Assembly (NCBI GenBank): GCA_027030065.1
Contig: JALVFK010000109.1
Span: 13,572 to 77,571 of the forward strand
Direction: 5' to 3'
Origin: Desulfurococcales archaeon
Lineage (GTDB): Archaea > Thermoproteota > Thermoprotei_A > Sulfolobales > WANQ01
Length of the DNA: 64,000 nt
Shown: positions 9,610-18,458 of the stretch, piece after piece
Layout: every line of letters starts with the position of its first letter
How positions within the stretch are numbered: the first letter of the stretch is position 1
The notes under the pieces: generated by a model
The model's input: the letters and a program-made list of their open reading frames with translations, nothing else
Told to the model about the DNA's origin: nothing
Database searches by the model: none
Made by a program: the position numbers and the translations under genes

Positions 9610-10653
9610 GTGTGCGAGATGAAAGAACCATACGTGAGTGTGATCATCGTAAACTACAATGGCTCGCGCCACCTGGAGGCGTTATTTAATTCCCTCCTAA
9701 AACAAGATTACTCTAACTTTGAAGTAATAGTTGTCGACAATCACTCTACTGATAATAGCATTAGAATACTTGAAAAATTTTACAAGATATTCGATAACCG
9801 TGGCATTGAATTCAAATACGTTGTTTTACGGAGGAATACTGGTTTTTGTTTAGGGAATAATATAGGATTCTTATATTCTTCTGCTAAGAGCAAGTATATC
9901 GTCTTATTGAATAATGATACTATTGTGGAGCGCTCTTGGCTTAGAGAGCTAGTAGCATTTATGGAGAAATACAGCGATGTCGCCGCTGCTTCCAGTTTAA
10001 TCTTATTTGATTTTACTAGTAGAATAGATAATACTGGTGGCCGCCTGGACATATATGGTGGATGTATTGGGCGTGGATTAATGGAGCACAAAAATGTAGC
10101 GGAGAAACATGATCCCTTTAAGGGTTTCTTTTATGCTAGTGGATGTTCAATGATTATACGGAGAAACGTGTTTGAGGAATTACATGGTTTTGACCCATGG
10201 CTATCAATGTATCATGACGATATAGATCTCTCATGGCAGGCAAGATTGCTAGGCTATAGGATAGGCTTCGTAAAGAACTCAATATGCCATCATATAAGAA
10301 GACCCGGGTTTGGAAGAAAACTACCCGTATGGAAGTTTTACTTAGCAAATAGAAATCGTATTAGAATAATAGTTAAAAACTATGAGCTAAGAAATATACT
10401 CCGCAGGATAATACCAGCAGTTATCATAACCTTTCTAGCTGGATTCTTCTTGAGCTTGATGAGTAGGAACGCCTACTATATCATGTATTCTCTCAAAACT
10501 GTAACATGGAATATACGGCACCTCAAAAACACGTTGACCTATAGAAGAATAATACAATCGAAGAGAAGAGTAAGGGACAAAGAGGTAGAGAAATATATGG
10601 ATAAGAAGCCTCTAGGAATATGGCACGCTAAAGCCTACCTTAAACTATTCTAA
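9610..10653 (+). CDS. family 2 glycosyltransferase
   Basis: 'VSVIIVNYNG...FEVIVVDNHSTDNS...LLNNDTIV' is a GT-A/GT2 N-terminal signature. GTG start at 9610 or ATG at 9619. Very AT-rich. Confidence 0.85.
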   Translation: MCEMKEPYVSVIIVNYNGSRHLEALFNSLLKQDYSNFEVIVVDNHSTDNSIRILEKFYKIFDNRGIEFKYVVLRRNTGFCLGNNIGFLYSSAKSKYIVLLNNDTIVERSWLRELVAFMEKYSDVAAASSLILFDFTSRIDNTGGRLDIYGGCIGRGLMEHKNVAEKHDPFKGFFYASGCSMIIRRNVFEELHGFDPWLSMYHDDIDLSWQARLLGYRIGFVKNSICHHIRRPGFGRKLPVWKFYLANRNRIRIIVKNYELRNILRRIIPAVIITFLAGFFLSLMSRNAYYIMYSLKTVTWNIRHLKNTLTYRRIIQSKRRVRDKEVEKYMDKKPLGIWHAKAYLKLF

Positions 10654-13334
10654 TTCCCTAGCTTTCTCCACTCAAACATCATAGGTAGGAGGAGAAGCAG
10701 AAGATATAATGTTAGTAAGACAGTCGAACCTACTACTACGTTATCGAATACTTTCTCATAGAGCCCGTAGACGTCTAGGTTTTTACCTATTATCCAGTAA
10801 CCATAGAGTAGAGACGTGAAACGTATTGTACCGTTAAATGTTACTATATTGAAAAGAGGATACGAGAACAAGTCACATACTTCCCTTGGCTCACACTTCA
10901 ATATGAGTTCCCGTATCCTTATCAAACCCTTACCAGAGACGACTAGTGTTGTATTGGGACAGTACTTTACCGAATCATTACACAATAGGCATGTTCTGGA
11001 ATTATTATGTGATATTAGTAGCTTATAACAACTAGTATTCACAACATCATGTAGCGTATTTAGCTTTATCTTACCTCTTATTTCTAGTTGCCGCAGTAGA
11101 AAGTTTAACTTAGCATTTATGTCAATAATTCTATGCGGGATCCTTTCTAGGCTTTCACGGGGTACCTCATATATTTTGAAGTATCCTATCTGCTTGAGTT
11201 CACTGTAACGTTCTCTTATAAACAACATTATTTTCGGCACATATTTTTGTTCTCTAAACACTAAGGTATTTAACACGAAATAATATCTACTACAATTCAT
11301 TGATAATAGAACTGAGACAACAATGCTCATATTGTCTTCGAAAGAAAATATGAAATTATAGAACATGTATAGTGGCTGGTTGTTTGTTGGAACGTATTGT
11401 AAGATATATCTATCTCTATTCGTGAAAGCAAATATGCATATACTGTTTCTATGCGGATTATTTTGATAGATTTTAGTAAAAAACTTAATCAACGATAACT
11501 CGTCGCTACTTAGCCTTTCTTCACTGTATACTTGTAGAGAACTATAAGTGGATACCACTACCGTTGCTAAGACTTGAACTACTATTAAGAACACTATAGC
11601 TATGTACCATAAATAATGTCTTCCTGTTCTAAGCCAGTTTACTAGGCTATCAAGACCCAACGATACAATAGGTGCTAAAAATAATAGTAGATACGGTATT
11701 AGCCTAAAAGCCCAGTAAATGAAATGAAAACTTATCATTAGTTTGAACACATTGAAGCTTCCTAGAGTAGCATAGTCTAGTAGATCTAGTAGCAGTATGA
11801 ATAATATTACCGCAAACACGTTTTTCAACGAAGCATTAATTATTCTCTGTTTAAACTTGTTGAAACTATTATACCTAGTGAAAGCATAGAATAATGGTAC
11901 TACGTAGAAGCCCAGATACCAGGGAATTTCAAATAAATTAACATACCTTAATGTTATATGCGATAACCTATAGAGAGGTAACGCACCATACAAATACTTG
12001 TTTATAAATATGAAAATAATAGATAAAGCTATAGCATAAATTATGAATTTACCTTTAAATACAATAACACTAATCTTATTCCAGAGAATCCTAATCAGCT
12101 GAAAAAGTATATGTGCTAATAACGATAAGACAGCTAATCCGAGTGTTAACAACAACAGTACCATATAATTAGTGTAAACTAATGTTAAACCGAGAAACCC
12201 GCTAATGGATAATATTATTATGTGTTCAAGTAGCTTTTTCCTATTATTAACCGTTACTCCGATAATTAGAGAATAAAGGATTAGCTGCGGAAAATATATT
12301 ATAGGCAATGTCAATGCATAGAGAAAACGCTCTACTTGACTTATCCTATCATATTGTTTTGAAAACAATAAGTATACTAGTGCTAAAAATATGAATAAGC
12401 CTATAATTTCTGGGTCGACTAGCTTAAACAAAACATAGTTGTAGAAGTAGCTATCCTCTACGCTGAGAGAACCTAGAAAACCATTTGATAACCTAGAAAG
12501 GAGGAATAGTATTGAACTAAAGCTACTAGCAAATACCCATAGATATAGGGAAATCATAGGCTTATCCGATAATCTCTTAAATAAAACATATATAGTAAAG
12601 ATGAGAAGTATGCTGAGTGGCGCCAACAAGTAGTAGAGGATCCCTATTCCCGGCTTGAAATATGCAATATGTAGTAAGAGAACGGCGAAACTATGATATC
12701 CTATGTAGGGGGTTTTCTCGTAGTCTAAAGGATTATAATATAATTCTTGAATATAGCGAAGATGCCGTGGATAATCAGAGAACGGCGTAGAGACTCCTAC
12801 AAGCGACGATATATATGAAATAATCCCCACGACCACTACTATAACGATAATTAATAATAGCTCGCTGACCTCGACCTTGTACTCTATTACATTACGACTA
12901 TTAGAGTCTTTAAGCATTATTATTGACAGCATGTATAGTACTGAGGCTATCGCTACCATGATTAAGGGGCTTGTAATATAACTAATAATTTCTGGATGGT
13001 TAATTCTCAATATTAATGTTGAAGCAATAATCAGTATTGATAATGTTATCCCAATAGACTCGATTATATTATTGAAACACTTTCTGCACAATATGTAAAC
13101 TGTGAGTAAAGTATAGGTTATGAATACAGCAGGTACTAGAAACCTTGCCGTAGATACCATAAAACTAATAAGATAAAGGCCTATGCTTGATACGAAGATG
13201 AGAGAATAAGAATACTTATTCAATTTAATACGGATTCTTTTATGACTAATATTCTTAGAACTTAGTATGAGTATTAAGCCTAGAATAAGTAAAAGCATTG
13301 ATAACAACATAACTGTAAGCGTCAATATTCTCAC
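10650..13334 (-). CDS. 894-aa polytopic membrane protein, possible GT-C-type glycosyltransferase or polymerase (function inferred only)
   Basis: At least 15 hydrophobic helices by eye over about 600 aa, then a ~250-aa non-hydrophobic region and a final TM. GTG start overlaps the upstream GT2 stop (GTGA). No AglB WWDYG motif seen. Confidence 0.6.
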   Translation of the reverse strand: MRILTLTVMLLSMLLLILGLILILSSKNISHKRIRIKLNKYSYSLIFVSSIGLYLISFMVSTARFLVPAVFITYTLLTVYILCRKCFNNIIESIGITLSILIIASTLILRINHPEIISYITSPLIMVAIASVLYMLSIIMLKDSNSRNVIEYKVEVSELLLIIVIVVVVGIISYISSLVGVSTPFSDYPRHLRYIQELYYNPLDYEKTPYIGYHSFAVLLLHIAYFKPGIGILYYLLAPLSILLIFTIYVLFKRLSDKPMISLYLWVFASSFSSILFLLSRLSNGFLGSLSVEDSYFYNYVLFKLVDPEIIGLFIFLALVYLLFSKQYDRISQVERFLYALTLPIIYFPQLILYSLIIGVTVNNRKKLLEHIIILSISGFLGLTLVYTNYMVLLLLTLGLAVLSLLAHILFQLIRILWNKISVIVFKGKFIIYAIALSIIFIFINKYLYGALPLYRLSHITLRYVNLFEIPWYLGFYVVPLFYAFTRYNSFNKFKQRIINASLKNVFAVILFILLLDLLDYATLGSFNVFKLMISFHFIYWAFRLIPYLLLFLAPIVSLGLDSLVNWLRTGRHYLWYIAIVFLIVVQVLATVVVSTYSSLQVYSEERLSSDELSLIKFFTKIYQNNPHRNSICIFAFTNRDRYILQYVPTNNQPLYMFYNFIFSFEDNMSIVVSVLLSMNCSRYYFVLNTLVFREQKYVPKIMLFIRERYSELKQIGYFKIYEVPRESLERIPHRIIDINAKLNFLLRQLEIRGKIKLNTLHDVVNTSCYKLLISHNNSRTCLLCNDSVKYCPNTTLVVSGKGLIRIRELILKCEPREVCDLFSYPLFNIVTFNGTIRFTSLLYGYWIIGKNLDVYGLYEKVFDNVVVGSTVLLTLYLLLLLLPMMFEWRKLGN

Positions 13335-14257
13335 TCCTTCTTATCCAGAGAAACAAGCCCTTGCATGTATTGTTTTAGTCTTGCTATAGCATAGAATACT
13401 AGGCCTAGAGCAACCATGAGTAATCCTACAGTAAATAGTATTAATACAGATGTTGTTAGAATAGGATCTATTATTCTCGTATCCTTGTAAACCAATAATA
13501 TACGTAGCATCATTATAAGTGATACTATAACGCTTACGAGACCAGGCAATCCCAATAGGAGGAGGGGATGACGTTCAGTAAACAATTGTATTATTCCGAC
13601 AATAAGTACAGCTAAGTGGTAGAGGGGATTGTGCTTACTGGCATCCTCGTGGGATGTTATGGTTATGGGTACCTCCTTTATCTTTAAGTTCTTATTTCTA
13701 GCTTTTGCCAGTATTTCCACACTTGCAGCCATCGTATTGTCTTCTGGTATAAGGTCTCCTACTACGCTAGCCCTATATGCTCTAAATCCGGATTGTGCAT
13801 CAGTTATCCCGTTTATATTAAATGCTGTTTTCACAGTTCGTGTTACCGCTTTCACACCTAGAATCCTCCATTTTGGCTGAGTTGTTTTTCCTAGAAAGCG
13901 TGATCCTATTACTATATCGGCTTCTCCCTTTACTATTGGCTCTACTAGTCTTGGTATTTCCTTTGGGTCATGTTGACCATCAGCATCTAGTGTTACTATT
14001 ATGTCTGGCTTTAGTTCTAGGGCTTTTTTGAAGAGTGTTCTTAGTGCTGCACCATATCCCTTGTTTTCATTGTGTTTTACTACTATTGCTCCTAGTTCTC
14101 TAGCTATTTCTGCTGTTAGGTCTCTTGACCCGTCGTCGCATACTATTATTTTGTCAACGTACTTCTTAGTCTCCACTATTACTTTTGCGATATATTTTTC
14201 CTCATTGTATGCTGGTATACATGCCACTATTACAGGCTTATCTTCCTTATACATCAA
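13331..14257 (-). CDS. family 2 glycosyltransferase, dolichyl-phosphate sugar synthase-like, with C-terminal TM helices
   Basis: 'VACIPAYNEEKYI...IIVCDDGSRDLT...TLDADGQHDP' are GT2/DPM1-like motifs. Two C-terminal hydrophobic helices follow. Confidence 0.85.
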   Translation of the reverse strand: MMYKEDKPVIVACIPAYNEEKYIAKVIVETKKYVDKIIVCDDGSRDLTAEIARELGAIVVKHNENKGYGAALRTLFKKALELKPDIIVTLDADGQHDPKEIPRLVEPIVKGEADIVIGSRFLGKTTQPKWRILGVKAVTRTVKTAFNINGITDAQSGFRAYRASVVGDLIPEDNTMAASVEILAKARNKNLKIKEVPITITSHEDASKHNPLYHLAVLIVGIIQLFTERHPLLLLGLPGLVSVIVSLIMMLRILLVYKDTRIIDPILTTSVLILFTVGLLMVALGLVFYAIARLKQYMQGLVSLDKKE

Positions 14258-14363
14258 TTCTATTTAACCCTAAGAATACAGTGCATAGATTTCCTTTATT
14301 TAATAACATTGTTTCGTCTTTAAAAACAAAATGTATTATGTGATAGAGGTATCTGAGAAAACC

Positions 14364-15848
14364 TTACATTAGGACCGTTCCGCGTCTCTCGTAGAGTGTT
14401 TCGTAGAGCTTCTTATTGTATTCTTCTACACTCCCCTCGAATTTCTCTAGGTCTTTCACTATTTTTGCACGTACACGTATTTCCTCTAATACTTCTGATG
14501 GCGTCCAGCCCCGTTTCTCTGATATCACTTTTACTGGTCTTATAGTATGGAGTGGAGTTACTAGTTCGTGTATCCCTCTAGCTGGGTTGAACTGTATTAC
14601 TGGTATTAGTTTTCCTCCACCCTCGTGGCTGTAGAGTTCTGCTACACGTCTCATCTTGCCCTTGACTAGTAGACGCCTCAAATGTACTATGATGTATATA
14701 GCATCTAATGCTGCTGGCGAGACCTCTAAGGGAGGCATTAGGAGTCGCCGGAAACCTGATTCTGGTGTCTCGGCGTGGAAGGTTGTTAGACCACCGTGAC
14801 CAAGTAGGATTGCTTGAGCCCATGCCGCGGCTTCTGGTCCACGAACCTCTCCTACTATTACGTAGTCTGCTGATTCTCTTAGAGCGTGTACTACTAGGTC
14901 GAAGGGTGTTATCTCTACACCTTTTTCCTGTCTAGGAACCCTACGTAGGGCCTTTATTGGTGGTGTGAGTTCGGGGGTGTCTTCTATTATTACTGCTGTA
15001 GCAGTAGGTGGAATAGATGATAGGATAGCGTTGCTTAAGCTCGTCTTACCTGTCATCATTCCACCAGTTAATAGTATTGCTAGTCTCTCCTGAAAGGCTA
15101 GCCAGAGGAAGCCAGCCATAATTACTGGTATCGAACCATACTTAGTCATAGCTGATAAAGTCCAGATTCGAATGGGTTTACGTATAACGAAACTAGTTGT
15201 TAGTGGGGCTACGTCGCTCTTCATCATTACTGAGAAACGATAACCTCTTGGCCCCATAAAGCTACGGTATGGTCTAATCTTAGTTAACGCTATGTTAGCT
15301 GTCTTTAACGCTGTACGTACTATACGGTTAACGTATTCTTCCCCTAACACTATGTTTGATAGTGTTGCACCAAAGTTTGAGTGAATGATCTTTAATGGAC
15401 TCTCAGCATGTATTACTTGTATATCTTCAATGTATGGATCATCCATAAGAACCTCGAATACCCCGAGACCTAGTACCTCGTCTCTTACTCTTAGAACTAA
15501 TTGTTCGGGGAGCCCAGTTTCCCTTAGGAGGTCTTCTAGTACCGCTCTAGGTTCTATTAAGTATCTTAGGAGAGCTTCCTTAACAAGTAATAATTCTTCG
15601 TCTGAGAGTATTGGTAATTTTATGTGGTATCGATGAATATACTTTTCACGATATATAAATATTTCCGCGTACCTAACCTTATAGCTCATTAATATTTCCG
15701 CCCAGCTTGGAGGAGGCATCCCCCATTCCTTCTTTATAAGAGGTTCAACTAGTTCATCTACTTCTAATATTACTCCAGCTCTACCAGTAGCCTTGGCCTT
15801 CCTTTCAGCCTTTCCCGCTTGGACTGCTGTAGCTGCTTTTGTAGCCAT
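14364..15848 (-). CDS. type IV filament assembly ATPase (FlaI/ArlI-PilB-VirB11 superfamily)
   Basis: Walker A 'GGMMTGKTS', 'VIIEDTPEL', Walker B region 'YVIVGEVRG' and His box 'GHGGLTTFHA'. 494 aa. 5-nt gap to the upstream ORF. Confidence 0.9.
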   Translation of the reverse strand: MATKAATAVQAGKAERKAKATGRAGVILEVDELVEPLIKKEWGMPPPSWAEILMSYKVRYAEIFIYREKYIHRYHIKLPILSDEELLLVKEALLRYLIEPRAVLEDLLRETGLPEQLVLRVRDEVLGLGVFEVLMDDPYIEDIQVIHAESPLKIIHSNFGATLSNIVLGEEYVNRIVRTALKTANIALTKIRPYRSFMGPRGYRFSVMMKSDVAPLTTSFVIRKPIRIWTLSAMTKYGSIPVIMAGFLWLAFQERLAILLTGGMMTGKTSLSNAILSSIPPTATAVIIEDTPELTPPIKALRRVPRQEKGVEITPFDLVVHALRESADYVIVGEVRGPEAAAWAQAILLGHGGLTTFHAETPESGFRRLLMPPLEVSPAALDAIYIIVHLRRLLVKGKMRRVAELYSHEGGGKLIPVIQFNPARGIHELVTPLHTIRPVKVISEKRGWTPSEVLEEIRVRAKIVKDLEKFEGSVEEYNKKLYETLYERRGTVLM

Positions 15849-15853
15849 CTATT

Positions 15854-18286
15854 TTACCGCCTCCTAACCCTACCTATAATCTTATTTAGGTATCTGAGGC
15901 TTATAGCCGCTACCACTGCCGCAACGAGTGCACCTATACCGTAGCTGTATGGCGGGTTTACTAGGACTACGGGGAGTTCAGGTGTATATGTTGTTGTTAT
16001 AGTTGCGAACACTGTTACTGGTGAGACTACTGTTGTAGTCGTTGTTATAGTTGTATTGTTTATCACTGTTGTGGTAACGTTTTGTGTTACTGTACTCACC
16101 TTTACTATTGTTGTATTTGCTTTCCACACGGTTTGGACTATAGTTGTGTTCGCTATTGTTACTACTGAAGTCACTGTTACGTTGGTGCAATTACATGCAG
16201 TTACTGTTGTAAATGTCGTGTTAGTTGCTGTAGTGTTTGTCATGTTTACCGGTATAGTTGTATTCGTAATATTAGGCGGCGTTGGGGGGAGAGATATATT
16301 TAGTGTTACCCGCTTTGATGCTGTAACCCAGCGGTTTCCTAGGAAGTATTGTACCTCTACTACGAGGTCGTGTACATTCATAGTTATTGGCACGTCTAGT
16401 TCTAGTGTTGTATCGCTAAGCCATCTTGAGGTTGCTGAGAATATTAGCTCTTCTTGTCCCGTGAAGGGGTTTACTAGGTAGGCCTTATATATTGTGGGAG
16501 TCATTAACAATACTTTTTCCGTTGGAGTCCAGTAGACCTTTACTGGTACTTCGACATGGACTATTCCTGGTATACTCTTAGCTACTAGGTTGACTATGAA
16601 TGGCAAGTCTATTACTACTTGGGGTTCTATTGATACAAGCTTTATGTTAAAGGATGATATTTTCTCCTCTACTATGCTCCTAATATCTTCTGACCCCATT
16701 ACGATTCCCGGCGCCTTTATCGAGAATGTTATTGTGTAGGAGTTGTTTAGTGGTACCTGGAACTCGTAGCTTATATTCATACCATTTATAGGCTTCTCAT
16801 AGGAATACTCGTTGCCACCAACGTTTACCTTAGTTACTAGGTAGTAATGAGTGAGGTAGGGGAAGTATTTATCAAGATAGGCTTGTACATCAACCATCTT
16901 GTTGATCTCTACTACCGATACAATAGCCTTCTTATACGTCTCCTCATTCTCACATGTCAAGCATGGATTAACCGGATGTGAGGGCTTTGTAATGTTAATT
17001 AACTTTAAGTTAATATTACCGTATATTGATGGCTCATTTATCGATACATTGAGCTCTGGTACCCAGTAATCGTTGAGCCTATACGAGCCTAATGGTACTT
17101 GTCTTGCTGTGAAGGGGTCACCGGAAAGAGCTCCTGGAATATATAGTGTTAGTGTTACAATATATTCTTGGAATTTCTCTGATACTGGTATTGTGATATC
17201 TTGTTTCTTACCAGTTATCTTTAATGTATATGTCCCTAGATCATATTGCATCGTTTGGTTTCCTACCACTACTACCCCTTGTACATCGTATTCTAATACA
17301 AAGTACTTTACATAGTAGTATAAATCATCTAATAGCTGATTTAGATCTGTTAGATGATAAAATGAGGCGTTGACTCCTATCATCATACCATTTAGTGATG
17401 GTTCGAGATAGGCCGTTAGTATACCAGTAGCGAAGGGAAAGTCTATTACTGAAAGCAACTTCTTCTTGTAGGATGGTACTCCTATTGTTGGAGGTCTTAC
17501 GAATTCAATGTCAACCTTATAGGGATATAGTACAAGATATGCTGCATTGGACTTTGTTATATGATAAGTTACTCCCCCAGCAAGTGTTTGCTCGAGTGCT
17601 GGAATTATTATCTCGGAGCCCTTTGAGAGAAGCATTACCTGGTATATTCTTCCCTTGAACACTCCTGCACCCTTTAAAACCATTGAGTCTACTAGAGAGT
17701 CGTCTGGCATTGGATAGTAGAAGAAGAAGTTATCGTTTGATAACTTGACGTACATGTAGAGTATTCCTGGCACATATGCTACTTCTATTCTCTCAACTCT
17801 TCCGTGGAGTGTGGCTGTATCTGTGAGGTATTCTTTATTGCTGCTCTTATCTAGTCCTCTAACGTATATGAGGATCACGTTGTCTCCGGTAAAGTTTATG
17901 TATAGACTCCATGTTGATGGTTCTCTTGTAAAGTTTACCTGGAATTCAAGTGATTCAAGACTCGATGTGTTCATGGCAATGGATTCGGGTATTTCTATCA
18001 TTACCATAGGTCTTGGCTGTGGGTAGCTTAGCTTTATGTATCCGTCTTTTCCTATAGCCACGTATCCGGTCTCATTGTCTATTATATAGTTGTTGCCCTC
18101 AACTACAGCCTTATACAATGGTTTGTACTCTTGCAATAACCGGTTAGTACTGATTATACTGTATAGTTGTGGTGGTGGGAGTATAATCATTGGATAGATA
18201 GTGCTTGCACTAACATAGATGCTAGTGAGAGATACTAGTGCTAGTATTACTATTATTAGCCCTAGTAGCGGTCTAACGTGGTGCAC
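15854..18286 (-). CDS. 810-aa secreted, C-terminally membrane-anchored protein with a Thr/Asn-rich stalk
   Basis: GTG start with an AGGAGGGG SD. Sec-type signal MHHVRPLLGLIIVILALVSLTSIYVSAS. The C-terminal ~90 aa carry at least 12 N-x-S/T sequons, followed by a TM helix and an RVRRR tail. Confidence 0.75.
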   Translation of the reverse strand: MHHVRPLLGLIIVILALVSLTSIYVSASTIYPMIILPPPQLYSIISTNRLLQEYKPLYKAVVEGNNYIIDNETGYVAIGKDGYIKLSYPQPRPMVMIEIPESIAMNTSSLESLEFQVNFTREPSTWSLYINFTGDNVILIYVRGLDKSSNKEYLTDTATLHGRVERIEVAYVPGILYMYVKLSNDNFFFYYPMPDDSLVDSMVLKGAGVFKGRIYQVMLLSKGSEIIIPALEQTLAGGVTYHITKSNAAYLVLYPYKVDIEFVRPPTIGVPSYKKKLLSVIDFPFATGILTAYLEPSLNGMMIGVNASFYHLTDLNQLLDDLYYYVKYFVLEYDVQGVVVVGNQTMQYDLGTYTLKITGKKQDITIPVSEKFQEYIVTLTLYIPGALSGDPFTARQVPLGSYRLNDYWVPELNVSINEPSIYGNINLKLINITKPSHPVNPCLTCENEETYKKAIVSVVEINKMVDVQAYLDKYFPYLTHYYLVTKVNVGGNEYSYEKPINGMNISYEFQVPLNNSYTITFSIKAPGIVMGSEDIRSIVEEKISSFNIKLVSIEPQVVIDLPFIVNLVAKSIPGIVHVEVPVKVYWTPTEKVLLMTPTIYKAYLVNPFTGQEELIFSATSRWLSDTTLELDVPITMNVHDLVVEVQYFLGNRWVTASKRVTLNISLPPTPPNITNTTIPVNMTNTTATNTTFTTVTACNCTNVTVTSVVTIANTTIVQTVWKANTTIVKVSTVTQNVTTTVINNTTITTTTTVVSPVTVFATITTTYTPELPVVLVNPPYSYGIGALVAAVVAAISLRYLNKIIGRVRRR

Positions 18287-18458
18287 TAATCATACCCCTC
18301 CTTACCTAAGATAAGTTCCTAGCTAGAATAATTCGTCTTGCTAGTTACTAAAGAGTTTACCGCTAAAGACCAGTAATAATTGTATTTGAATGAAAATGTG
18401 GATTAGTAATTAAAATAATTGAATACAGGGTACACTAGTACTACAATAATAATACTTT

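Noticed and set aside
10650-13334. Possible AglB/STT3 oligosaccharyltransferase
   Set aside because: No WWDYG motif or DK/MI-type motif is visible. Only the general many-TM plus soluble-domain layout fits, so it is called GT-C-like at low confidence.
15950-16300. Repetitive-looking DNA (recurring actgttgt / gttgttat units) as a possible tandem repeat or CRISPR-like array
   Set aside because: It is the Thr/Val/Asn-rich stalk of the 810-aa protein read on the opposite strand. There is no regular repeat-spacer periodicity. The ORFs at 15978-16190 and 16056-16481 are artefacts of the same low complexity.
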